A DNA stretch of 40,671 nt from a virus. Position 1 is the first letter of the stretch, and each line of letters starts with the position of its first letter. The notes beneath the pieces are model-generated. The model worked only from the letters and a program-made list of their open reading frames with translations, had not been told where the DNA came from and made no database searches. The position numbers and the translations under genes are program-made. The DNA lies in the IMG/VR virus record IMGVR_UViG_3300050014_000199, one strand, 5' to 3'. Of the stretch, positions 15,133 to 23,324 are shown one piece after another.

Positions 15133-15917
15133 TGAGCTGGGTAAAAATTGACGATAAGTTTACCGAGCATCCTAAATCAATTAGTGTTGGGCCACTCGGG
15201 ATTGCCATGCAGGTGGCTGCCCTGTGCTACGCGAATACCCATCTTACGGACGGCTTTATTCCTTACAACGTAGTCAGAAAATTATTGACCTTTGAATTTT
15301 CTCCACCGGGATCTGATTTGATTTATACCATCGGAATCGCAAGTGGCATGAGCGGCGAAGATGTGACCTGGGAGATGGTTTCTGATTGGCTGCTAGATGC
15401 TGGAATATGGGAAAAAGCTGACGGCGGTTTTTATATCCACGATTACCCCGAATACCAGCCATTGAAATCAGCAGTACTAAAAGAACGCGAGGGAGCACTT
15501 AATAGAATGAAGAAGCTCCGTTCTGGTGGTGTTCAGGCGAAGTTCTCCCGAAGTTCAGGCGAAGTTCTCCCGAAGTTCAACGGTCCCGATCCCGATCCCG
15601 ATCCCATTAAAAAAGAAGAAAGCGTTGGCACTCTTATTCCATTATCTCAGGCATTTGTAGAGGTTACGAATATTCCAGAATATACCGGGGGACCGGCAAG
15701 ATGGAACGATGGATTGAAAGCCATGCTTAAAGCGGGCTGCACACCAGACGATCTCAAAAAGGCTGTATTCGATTTGAGAAATGCCAAAGGGAAAGAATAT
15801 ACCATTACCTCCCCAAGTTCAATTGTGACGGCTGCTATCAATGTAATGAGTAAGCGAACATCAAACAACAATGGACATAACCCCGCCGTTGATTTCAAAG
15901 GTTACACCGAGGGATGA
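15132..15917 (+). CDS. putative replication initiator / replisome organiser, 261 aa
   Basis: Lies immediately upstream of DnaB. N-terminus MSWVKIDDKFTEHPK...LTDGFIP resembles phage replication-organiser N-termini. Iterons are embedded in the linker. Confidence 0.5.
   Translation: MSWVKIDDKFTEHPKSISVGPLGIAMQVAALCYANTHLTDGFIPYNVVRKLLTFEFSPPGSDLIYTIGIASGMSGEDVTWEMVSDWLLDAGIWEKADGGFYIHDYPEYQPLKSAVLKEREGALNRMKKLRSGGVQAKFSRSSGEVLPKFNGPDPDPDPIKKEESVGTLIPLSQAFVEVTNIPEYTGGPARWNDGLKAMLKAGCTPDDLKKAVFDLRNAKGKEYTITSPSSIVTAAINVMSKRTSNNNGHNPAVDFKGYTEG
15531..15605. repeat. iteron-like array: perfect 22-bp tandem duplication (four CGAAGTTC at 11-bp phasing) plus three CCCGAT units
   Basis: CGAAGTTC at 15538, 15549, 15560 and 15571. 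Three CCCGAT units at 15585-15602, giving three GATC sites within 15585-15605. The A-rich tract attaaaaaagaagaaag follows. Confidence 0.9.
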
Positions 15918-17272
15918 TGATGACCGACCAACTCGAAGATATCCAAGTTTCCCCCCTAGAACGCCTATACTCCCCCACCACTGAAAAGGCCCTGGTCGGT
16001 GCGGTGCTGATTGACCCCAATTGTTATACGGGGTTGAACGTCTCAGCCAGTGATTTTTATATCGAGCGCCACGGCATGATCTGGAGTGCGTTTGACAGCC
16101 TGATCCGACAAGGACGCGATATTGATTATGTCACGGTTTGCGAAGAGATGGACAGTCGAAAGCAGTTGACTGAGATAGGCGGACCGGCATTCATCACGCA
16201 ATTATTGACCGATACATTTTCCAGTGTCAACGCCGTAAGTTATGCCGCTATCGTGCGCGAGAAAGCACAGCGGCGCAAGCTGCTCAGGATAGCTAACGAA
16301 ATTGCCAACGCCGCCATGAATGAGACCGCAGACCTGGAGACGGAATTACCCGGATACATTCAGCAGATCGTCGACGCCACGGCAGGTAAAAACTCTGCCC
16401 GTCCCATGAGTGAGTATATGTCAGACCTTTATGACGAAGTTGAGGAGCGTTGTGATAACCCGGTTGAAACATGGGGTATCAGGACGGGCTTACCCACTTT
16501 CGACAAAGTGACTGGCGGTATACAGCAGGGAGAGTTGATGATTTTGTCCGGCGTGCCCGGAGTAGGTAAGTCTATTTTGGGGATGCAAATGGCTGCGCAA
16601 ATGGGCGAGACGACACCAGGAGCCATTTACTCAATCGAGATGAAAGGTATTCAGGTTGCCCGGCGCCTGGTATCCGGCGTGTCTGGCGTGATGACCCGCG
16701 CTATGAAAACAGGGAAAATGTCAGACGATGATTGGCTTCGCTTCACCCAGGCCATTGATAAATTATCCCAGTTGAATGTTCACATGGATGATAACGTAGG
16801 CTGGACCACTACCAGCTTACGCGCTGATTTGACCCGTCTGAAAGCCACGAAGAAAATAAAGTGGTTTGTGCTGGATTATTTGTTTTTATTACAGGATGGA
16901 GCCGGACGGGATGAGATTGAGCGTACGGCCCTGGCGTCGGCTGGTCTGAAACGAATTTGCAAAGAACTCGACTTGGGCGGGATTGCTATTCACAGCATGA
17001 ATAAGGCAGGGATGGCCGTCAAAGAAATCCCAAGCCAGGAGAGTTTACGCGGTTCTGGTCAGGTCATTTATGACGCGGATCTGATCACCTTTCTCACAAA
17101 ATATAACGTCGATATTGACCCGGCACTAGACAAGGTCCCATTCAAAGACCAGGACAATGTCAGGGTTTTATGGTTTGGCAAAGGGCGCGAGTTGGAAGAC
17201 CCGCGCAAGTTTATCAGATTTGTCCAGCGCCCAGGCTTTCCAGCCTTTGGCGAATATGCAAGGGAGAATTAA
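15914..17272 (+). CDS. dnaB: DnaB-family replicative helicase
   Basis: N-terminal DnaB domain ([10 protein letters not shown]...YVTVCEEM), Walker A GVPGVGKS, 452 aa. Confidence 0.9.
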   Translation: MMMTDQLEDIQVSPLERLYSPTTEKALVGAVLIDPNCYTGLNVSASDFYIERHGMIWSAFDSLIRQGRDIDYVTVCEEMDSRKQLTEIGGPAFITQLLTDTFSSVNAVSYAAIVREKAQRRKLLRIANEIANAAMNETADLETELPGYIQQIVDATAGKNSARPMSEYMSDLYDEVEERCDNPVETWGIRTGLPTFDKVTGGIQQGELMILSGVPGVGKSILGMQMAAQMGETTPGAIYSIEMKGIQVARRLVSGVSGVMTRAMKTGKMSDDDWLRFTQAIDKLSQLNVHMDDNVGWTTTSLRADLTRLKATKKIKWFVLDYLFLLQDGAGRDEIERTALASAGLKRICKELDLGGIAIHSMNKAGMAVKEIPSQESLRGSGQVIYDADLITFLTKYNVDIDPALDKVPFKDQDNVRVLWFGKGRELEDPRKFIRFVQRPGFPAFGEYAREN

Positions 17273-17275
17273 TCG

Positions 17276-17568
17276 TGAAAAATGAATTAAGGCTTTGTGG
17301 CGATTGCGGCGTAGAGCCAGGACAACCCCATCAAGATGGTTGCGACGTTGAGCGTTGTTCTGTTTGTGGGGGTCAGCGCCTATCATGCGCCTGTAAGAAG
17401 GGACATGATAAATACTTTGCTCGCTGGACTGGTATATGGCCTGGCGAAATAGAGGCAAATTATCTCGGATTAGACCTGAATGAGTTCTATATTCAGGGAT
17501 TCGAAAAAATATTTTTTATCAAACCGAAAGTTAGCCAAGATGACTACCTTATCATCCGAAGAAATTGA
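17276..17568 (+). CDS. Cys-rich hypothetical protein, 97 aa
   Basis: GTG at 17276 after AGGGAG. CGDCG...[12 protein letters not shown]...CAC. Confidence 0.5.
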
Positions 17569-17824
17569 GCGCCGGGTAGAAGAAATAGCCAGGCGCTGCA
17601 AGTATGAGGGTTATTTGCAATCAAGGCGATGGGCCGATAAGCGGCGCCAGAAGCTTGTTGAGCAAAACTATACCTGTGAGCGCTGTGGCTATTGCAGACT
17701 GACTAATCCAATAGACATACCCCTGGATGCACATCATAAAACCTACGACCATTTAGGGGATGAGCCTCTAAGCGATCTCGAAGTCTTATGCCGTAATTGC
17801 CACACAAAACAACATGGAAAATAG
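17540..17824 (+). CDS. HNH endonuclease
   Basis: CERCG...[31 protein letters not shown]. The start could be 17480 or 17540. Confidence 0.8.
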   Translation: MTTLSSEEIERRVEEIARRCKYEGYLQSRRWADKRRQKLVEQNYTCERCGYCRLTNPIDIPLDAHHKTYDHLGDEPLSDLEVLCRNCHTKQHGK

Positions 17825-17837
17825 GGAGGGACGACTC

Positions 17838-17966
17838 ATGAACATCTTATGTTTATTTGGCCTACACCACTGGACGCCCTGGCTGCGCCCGCTGGGTATT
17901 GGAATGCGGCACCGCGTTTGCAAGCGCCCGGGTTGCTGCGCGACAGACTGGAGGACGGCGAAATGA
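17838..17966 (+). CDS. small Cys-containing ORF, 42 aa (below the track cut-off)
   Basis: GGGAGGG RBS 7 nt upstream. ATGA overlap with the next start. Competes with the 17849 reading of the track ORF. Confidence 0.35.
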   Translation: MNILCLFGLHHWTPWLRPLGIGMRHRVCKRPGCCATDWRTAK

Positions 17967-18220
17967 GCGAGATAAAAACGCATTATCAATTTTTGCATTT
18001 CCAACGAATGGTGGATAAGCCTATGACCTTACAGTTCCATTGTTTCACGCACAGTTCCGACGAATTGGGAATAGTCAAGTGGTATTCACCCTGGCGGCAA
18101 TACTGTTATTTCCCGTTGGAGCAAGCCGTATACAGCGCAGGTTGTTTGACTGACATTTCTGACTTTTGTAGACAACTTGACGCAATCCAAAAATCAGACC
18201 GGCAAGGAGAGGCGAAATGA
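17963..18220 (+). CDS. hypothetical protein, 85 aa
   Basis: GGAGGA RBS before the ATG at 17963. The alternative is the continuous 17849..18220 ORF. Confidence 0.5.
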   Translation: MSEIKTHYQFLHFQRMVDKPMTLQFHCFTHSSDELGIVKWYSPWRQYCYFPLEQAVYSAGCLTDISDFCRQLDAIQKSDRQGEAK

Positions 18221-18357
18221 AGCCCGACTTCTTGCGCAAAGACAACGCCGTCGAGGGGCTGCTGCTGATCGCGTTCTGGTTCTGCCTGGTGATCGTCGTG
18301 GGGTTATCTCCGTGGTGGGCGCCGGCGCTGCTGGCGAAGGTGCTGGGAATACCATGA
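18217..18357 (+). CDS. small membrane protein, 46 aa (below the track cut-off)
   Basis: AGGAGA RBS. GLLLIAFWFCLVIVVGL hydrophobic span. ATGA overlaps at both ends. Confidence 0.45.
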   Translation: MKPDFLRKDNAVEGLLLIAFWFCLVIVVGLSPWWAPALLAKVLGIP

Positions 18358-18701
18358 CGGGCAGCGAGCAGGACCTAGTCAATGCAATCATCGAATACCT
18401 GCAATACATGGGCGCGGTCGCCATCCGCATCAACAGTGGCCAAATTCAAGCCTATTCCAGCGAAGGCAAAGCAAGAATTATACGCCTTGCGCCGGCAGGA
18501 ACGTCTGACATTCTGGCTTGCCGGGGGGGGCGATTCCTGGCTATTGAGGCCAAAATTTACCCCAACCAACCCACAGAGAAGCAACGGGCCTTTCTGGATA
18601 GCGTGCGGGCCGCTGGCGGTTTGGCGATGGTTGCCTGGTCAATCGAGGATGTGATAGAAAGGTTGGCAGATGAGGTGGATGCGAGGTGGGAGAATGAGTA
18701 A
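18354..18701 (+). CDS. VRR-NUC domain nuclease, 115 aa
   Basis: LVNAIIEYLQ...AIRINSG...GTSDILACRGGRFLAIEAK...TEKQRAFLDSVRAAGG follows the VRR-NUC pattern. Confidence 0.75.
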   Translation: MTGSEQDLVNAIIEYLQYMGAVAIRINSGQIQAYSSEGKARIIRLAPAGTSDILACRGGRFLAIEAKIYPNQPTEKQRAFLDSVRAAGGLAMVAWSIEDVIERLADEVDARWENE

Positions 18702-19047
18702 CGCTGCGCCCCATCCCCTGACCTGCCCGTGCGGTGCCGTGTTTATCGCGCGAACCAATAACGTCAAGCTATGTCCGCCATGTCGGCACGAGCATGCACG
18801 CGTGGTCAAGTTGATGTGGCACCGCGCAAACCCGCTCTATAAACCCAAATGGGCTGAGCCAGAACACCGCGCGCCAACCCACCGGCGCAATATATCCAGC
18901 GCCTGGGTACTGGTCGAGGTGCCGCCAGGTTGCGACTTCAGGCCGGGGGCGACTTTTACGAGCACAGATATGGCGATGGAAAACTGTCGGGAATGGGTGC
19001 AGGCAGGCATGGTATTCGAGTCGTCCAAGGGTGTGAGGCGGTTTTGA
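18694..19047 (+). CDS. zinc-ribbon hypothetical protein, 117 aa
   Basis: CPCG...CPPC. ATG at 18694 overlaps the VRR-NUC end by 8 nt. Confidence 0.5.
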   Translation: MSNAAPHPLTCPCGAVFIARTNNVKLCPPCRHEHARVVKLMWHRANPLYKPKWAEPEHRAPTHRRNISSAWVLVEVPPGCDFRPGATFTSTDMAMENCREWVQAGMVFESSKGVRRF

Positions 19048-19766
19048 TGAGTGACGTTCGTTTGATTTTAGGTGACTGCCTGGAAGTGATGCGCACGATG
19101 GACGCAGGGAGCGTGGATATCGTCTTCACTTCTCCGCCTTACAATGTCGGGTTGAAATATAACCTGTACGATGACAAAAAAGATTGGAGCGAGTTTATTG
19201 GCTGGCTTCAGGAAGTCTATGCCGAAATTTATAGGGTTATGACTGATAGTGGCCGTGTTTATTCCGTTTTGAGTGACCGTCTTATGTTTGAGCTCAAGCC
19301 AGTCATGGAAAATATAGGTTTTACCTTTGGCCAAGTTTTGACATGGTACAAACCGAATTTATCAGGTGGAGCGTCTCGAATTACAGGTGATTGGAATTAT
19401 CTAACAGAACAGATTTTGCTTTTCCGTAAGGGCGACAGAACGCCGATGATAAACGGGAAGTGCAATACCCACTCCTATTTTGTGATCGCTACCCCACAAT
19501 CGAATTTCAGTGAGGGGCGATTCCATCCCGCTCAATTCCCGATTGCTTTACCGGACCGTATCATATCCAGAACACCGGGTAAAGTTATCCTCGACCCATT
19601 TATGGGATCCGGATCGGTTGGGCTGGCAGCGATAAAAAATGACCGAAATTTTATAGGCATCGAAAACGACCCAAAATATTATGACGTTTCAGAAAAGCGC
19701 ATCGCCCTGGCGCAGATGCAGCCGAATTTATTTGAGACGACACCAGAAAAGGAGAATGAGAAATGA
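19047..19766 (+). CDS. beta-class DNA methyltransferase (N6-adenine or N4-cytosine)
   Basis: Motif IV FTSPPY near the N-terminus and motif I DPFMGSGS near the C-terminus. Confidence 0.85.
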   Translation: MSDVRLILGDCLEVMRTMDAGSVDIVFTSPPYNVGLKYNLYDDKKDWSEFIGWLQEVYAEIYRVMTDSGRVYSVLSDRLMFELKPVMENIGFTFGQVLTWYKPNLSGGASRITGDWNYLTEQILLFRKGDRTPMINGKCNTHSYFVIATPQSNFSEGRFHPAQFPIALPDRIISRTPGKVILDPFMGSGSVGLAAIKNDRNFIGIENDPKYYDVSEKRIALAQMQPNLFETTPEKENEK

Positions 19767-20047
19767 GCATAACAGGCGACATCATCCATAAAAACCAGGA
19801 GCCGACCTGGACGGCAGCTGCGCCAGCGGATATTACGCAGAGCGCAGATCGCGTAGCGTGTTCGACGTGCCACTCGATCATCGGTTGCTATTGGCCTGTC
19901 GACGTCCATGGCAAGTCCCGCGTCATGCTGAAGATTGGTTGCGTCATCCTTGAGAGTGCGCACGGGAAATGCGCATGCGGGGCGGAGTGGCATTGGTGCT
20001 ACACAGATCGGATGCTGGCCGACCTGATTAGCCGGCGTACCGCTTGA
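19763..20047 (+). CDS. Cys-rich hypothetical protein, 94 aa, last early-right gene
   Basis: ATGA coupling. CSTCH...CAC. Its stop codon lies inside the TTGACA of the next promoter. Confidence 0.5.
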   Translation: MSITGDIIHKNQEPTWTAAAPADITQSADRVACSTCHSIIGCYWPVDVHGKSRVMLKIGCVILESAHGKCACGAEWHWCYTDRMLADLISRRTA

Positions 20048-20071
20048 CAATTCGCCATTGTGGCTTACAAT
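20044..20071 (+). promoter_or_regulatory. near-consensus sigma70-type promoter TTGACA-16-TACAAT (candidate late promoter)
   Basis: TTGACA at 20044-20049 and TACAAT at 20066-20071. Confidence 0.6.
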
Positions 20072-20101
20072 GAATCTGAATTCACGGGTATGTCAGAGTT
20101 T

Positions 20102-20139
20102 ACCGCCTGGCGCATATTATTTGCGTCGGGCGGTTTTTG
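20102..20139 (+). terminator. strong rho-independent terminator, 13-bp stem plus T5
   Basis: ACCGCCTGGCGCA-tattatt-TGCGTCGGGCGGT followed by TTTTTG. Includes two G-T pairs. Confidence 0.8.
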
Positions 20140-20156
20140 ATTCACCCTAGGAGTGT

Positions 20157-20834
20157 ATGGCTAACGTGCTAGGCGGAATTTATTGCATAGAGAATAGCGC
20201 AAGCGGTAAGCGGTATATTGGATCGTCTATTAATCTGGCCCAGCGTCAATACGATCACTTCAAAAATCTAAGAGGGGGACGGCATCACTCGATACATTTA
20301 CAGAGAGCATTTGAAAAATATGGCGGTTTCTCATTCAACTTTCGGGTATTAATGTTGTGTGAGCCATTTGAACTTCTGCGTTATGAACAGGCGCTTATAG
20401 ATTCGTGGCAACCGGAATATAACATTTGCCTCCATGCAGGCAATAGCTTAGGACGAAAGCATACCGAAGCAACCAAAAAGAAAATCAGTAATATTCAATT
20501 GGTAACTCATAATACGCCCGAGTTTCACGCTAAGGCGAGTAAATCCCAAACGGGTAAAAAACGTTCAGACGAATTTAAACAAAAGGTAAGTTTAGCAAAT
20601 AGCGGAAAAATCGTTTCGGAGGAAACAAGGAATAAACACAGAGAATTCGCCCTAAGAGATTATCCTAATAAAATAACGAAATTAACAACTGCCAAACTTA
20701 CCCCTGTACAGGTTTTTGATATTCGCAAGTTGAGACAAGATGGAAAATCGGTTTCATATCTTTCTAAAATATTCCATATTTCCCTGGGGACTATTCGGGA
20801 CATATTGAAGGGGCGCACATGGCAATCGCTATAG
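20157..20834 (+). CDS. GIY-YIG homing-type endonuclease with NUMOD3-like repeats and C-terminal HTH
   Basis: GIYCIEN..GKRYIGSS, R..DH, then GRKHTEATKKKIS / GKKRSDEFKQKVS / GKIVSEETRNKH. Visibly AT-rich. Confidence 0.85.
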   Translation: MANVLGGIYCIENSASGKRYIGSSINLAQRQYDHFKNLRGGRHHSIHLQRAFEKYGGFSFNFRVLMLCEPFELLRYEQALIDSWQPEYNICLHAGNSLGRKHTEATKKKISNIQLVTHNTPEFHAKASKSQTGKKRSDEFKQKVSLANSGKIVSEETRNKHREFALRDYPNKITKLTTAKLTPVQVFDIRKLRQDGKSVSYLSKIFHISLGTIRDILKGRTWQSL

Positions 20835-21826
20835 GTTTTGACGTCAGCAGCTATCAGTCGCATGTCCCTGCTGGGAACTGGGACTTTGGTATCGCCAAAA
20901 ACGATAACTGGGCGGAGCGTCACATTAAGTCAATGCAGGACCGTGGAATACCCTATACCGGATTGTATCAGTGGGTAGATCCCCTGCTTTCCATACCTAC
21001 GCAAATTGATAATTTGATAACCCGTGCTCGCAAATGGAATGTCTCGTTTTTGTGGAACGATGATGAGCAATGGTGGAGCGACTGGGTTAAATACATGGGC
21101 ACACTCAGTCACACTTATGCTGGCACAGTGCCACAATTGACCGCGGCCCATATCAGCGGCGACTTTCTCCAGGCTGCCCAACTCGCCAAAGCCAGCGGGC
21201 TACCCTTCGCGAATTACACGGCTCAATGGGTAACAAGATACGCTCCGCAAATGGCGACATGGCTGGGCGATTACGACCTGGCCAATGCCTGCTATTTTGA
21301 TCGCAACGTGAGCAGTGTTTACCATGTTTCGTGGGAACAGCTAGTCACAATTGCAAATAACCTGGATAACCTAGGGGTCCTGTCAGGCGTACTGAGCAAA
21401 ACAGACGTCAAAAGCAAGATCGTCAATTCCAATATCCTTGTTCCCGGGCAGCCTAAACAAACATTCCGTCAATTTTCCGACCACATTATTCTACCTGGCG
21501 AGACTGAGGTGATGGATCTGGATATTTTCAACGGCGATATGTCCGCATGGATCGGAGGTGTTGCCCCGGCTCCCGCCCCTTTACCTCCACCTACCATACC
21601 TACTTTCCCACAATACAAGTTAAATAGTTGGACGTGGGTGCTGACGATACGCCAGGGACCAGGCACGAATTACCCGATCGTGGTCGGCGCGATAGCCGAT
21701 CAATACCTTACCAAATTATCCCCCCCCGTAACCGCCTACGCGACGCAAAACGGCTGGGTAAAAATTAGCCAGACGCAAGAGCGCTGGTGTGGGCTAAGCG
21801 GTTTATCTCTCGTTACGAAAGGTTAG
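20819..21826 (+). CDS. endolysin: N-terminal muramidase-like (GH25-like) domain, Pro-rich linker, C-terminal SH3b-like domain
   Basis: IGFDVSSYQ...WDFGIAK. Linker APAPAPLPPPTIPTFP. LTIRQGPGTNYPIVV...NGWVKIS. Adjacent to holin-like genes. Confidence 0.7.
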   Translation: MAIAIGFDVSSYQSHVPAGNWDFGIAKNDNWAERHIKSMQDRGIPYTGLYQWVDPLLSIPTQIDNLITRARKWNVSFLWNDDEQWWSDWVKYMGTLSHTYAGTVPQLTAAHISGDFLQAAQLAKASGLPFANYTAQWVTRYAPQMATWLGDYDLANACYFDRNVSSVYHVSWEQLVTIANNLDNLGVLSGVLSKTDVKSKIVNSNILVPGQPKQTFRQFSDHIILPGETEVMDLDIFNGDMSAWIGGVAPAPAPLPPPTIPTFPQYKLNSWTWVLTIRQGPGTNYPIVVGAIADQYLTKLSPPVTAYATQNGWVKISQTQERWCGLSGLSLVTKG

Positions 21827-21831
21827 CTAAC

Positions 21832-22014
21832 ATGAAAACTTATGTGAGTGTTTACCCAACCGAAGACGGACAATGGGGCGTTTATACCCCCATGAATAAG
21901 TTCCAGTTCTTTCGGCTCGATCTACGTTTCGGATTGCGCATTGCGATTTACAACTTTCTTTATGTGTCTGACATTCCCGTGAAATATATTTCATGGATTT
22001 ATAGGAAAGGTTAG
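21832..22014 (+). CDS. hypothetical protein, 60 aa
   Basis: ATG preceded by the repeated GAAAGGTTAGC(T/C)AAC junction. Confidence 0.45.
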   Translation: MKTYVSVYPTEDGQWGVYTPMNKFQFFRLDLRFGLRIAIYNFLYVSDIPVKYISWIYRKG

Positions 22015-22019
22015 CCAAC

Positions 22020-22205
22020 ATGGCAAGTATTCTAATTACAATTCTTATTCTCGTGATCGTGTTCGCTCTTTTGTGGTATCTGATCTCGATCATACCGTTC
22101 CCGCCACCCCTGGCGGCTATTCGGTGGGTGTTCTATTGCATCCTGATTATCGTCGCTATCGTGGTCCTTCTCGGATATATTCCAGGTTTTCACCTGGCGC
22201 TATAA
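22020..22205 (+). CDS. holin-like two-TM protein, 61 aa
   Basis: ILITILILVIVFALLWYLISII and WVFYCILIIVAIVVLLGYI hydrophobic spans. Confidence 0.6.
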   Translation: MASILITILILVIVFALLWYLISIIPFPPPLAAIRWVFYCILIIVAIVVLLGYIPGFHLAL

Positions 22206-22219
22206 GAAAGTAGGAAAAT

Positions 22220-22474
22220 ATGAAACCATTTTATGCGTCAAAAACCCTATGGTTAGCCTTCTTCACGTTCCTGTCCGCGATCATTCCCGCCGTGGCCGCA
22301 TTCGTCAAAGTAATTGACCCCAACACGGCGGTTATTGTTGATTCGGTGGTGTTGCTTGTTGCGTCCATCGTGGGGGCGATCATCAGGATATTCTTTACTG
22401 ATACCGTGATCGAAACGCCCGCACGGATGCAAACTGTATACCCGACGCCTGCTGAGCAAGTTAAATTGCCATGA
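22220..22474 (+). CDS. second holin-like membrane protein, 84 aa
   Basis: LWLAFFTFLSAIIPAVAAFV and VVLLVASIVGAIIRIFF hydrophobic spans. Confidence 0.55.
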   Translation: MKPFYASKTLWLAFFTFLSAIIPAVAAFVKVIDPNTAVIVDSVVLLVASIVGAIIRIFFTDTVIETPARMQTVYPTPAEQVKLP

Positions 22475-22914
22475 CCCCGAGTGTCTCCACCGCCGTCCTG
22501 CTCGAAAAACTGCAATCCATCCAAATAACCGTTTCCAGGATGGAGGGGAAACTTGACGCCATGGACGCGCGTATTCATGCCATCGAGAAGAGTGATTCCG
22601 ACAATCGCGTATTGGATGCAAGCAACTTGACAATGACTACCACAAAACAAGCCGACCTTATGGCTGCTGGACTTGACAGGGAGACGCGCCTCAAAGCGAT
22701 TGAGCGTCAAAATTATGCCACTGAGGCAACACTCCCTCTCTGGCGCGTGGACGTGAATACCTCGTTGGACGACCACGCTCTCAGGTTGAAGGACATTGAA
22801 AAACTCATGCCCTGGCTGCGTGTTTTTATTTGGGTATCGTCGGCGCTGGGAATATCGGTAATCAGTCTGGTGTGGTCCATAATCACGGGTCACGCGAATA
22901 TTGTGTTTAGGTGA
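22471..22914 (+). CDS. coiled-coil protein with C-terminal membrane anchor (lysis-associated?), 147 aa
   Basis: ATGA coupling to the holin-like gene. C-terminal VFIWVSSALGISVISLVWSII. Confidence 0.45.
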   Translation: MTPSVSTAVLLEKLQSIQITVSRMEGKLDAMDARIHAIEKSDSDNRVLDASNLTMTTTKQADLMAAGLDRETRLKAIERQNYATEATLPLWRVDVNTSLDDHALRLKDIEKLMPWLRVFIWVSSALGISVISLVWSIITGHANIVFR

Positions 22915-22924
22915 AGGTGCATCC

Positions 22925-23320
22925 ATGAAACCACAAATGCGAAGGATGGTGCTGGAGCAGAATGCGCCTGTGCAATTTACCTATCAAGTCCTGGTGACTA
23001 ACGGTCAGGCAACTACCCCGAAATTTACTTTCGGCGCGGGCGCACCTGCGACCACAGTTTATTTCGGGGATGGAACCGCGCCGGAAGCCGTGACAAGCGG
23101 GGTAGAGATGAGCCATGCTTACGCGGTAGGCGGGACGTATACCGTGGGGTTGGCCATGACAAATCAAGAAATATGGCTGACGCAGATCGACCTATCGTCT
23201 GATTATGTGGTAGTGCCTGCGGTATGGAACATATTACTAAGATTGCGGGCATTGACCCGATTGATTGATCTCTGGGCCGTTGGGTTCGGAGAAGTTGGAA
23301 TTATGAAAGTAGCGAGGTGA
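22925..23320 (+). CDS. PKD-like domain protein, 131 aa
   Basis: VYFGDGTAPE...SHAYAVGGTYTVGLAMTN matches the PKD signature (FGDGt...H.Y...G.Y.V.L). Confidence 0.5.
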   Translation: MKPQMRRMVLEQNAPVQFTYQVLVTNGQATTPKFTFGAGAPATTVYFGDGTAPEAVTSGVEMSHAYAVGGTYTVGLAMTNQEIWLTQIDLSSDYVVVPAVWNILLRLRALTRLIDLWAVGFGEVGIMKVAR

Positions 23321-23324
23321 TGAT

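Noticed and set aside
20157-20834. GIY-YIG gene as part of a group I intron or intein
   Set aside because: The flanking genes are intact and separate, with the endolysin start overlapping the 3' end. No split host gene is visible.
22231-22926. 231-aa and 126-aa minus-strand ORFs antisense to the holin-like genes
   Set aside because: They overlap three well-supported plus-strand genes with RBSs and TM helices. The products are Arg/His-rich with no motifs.
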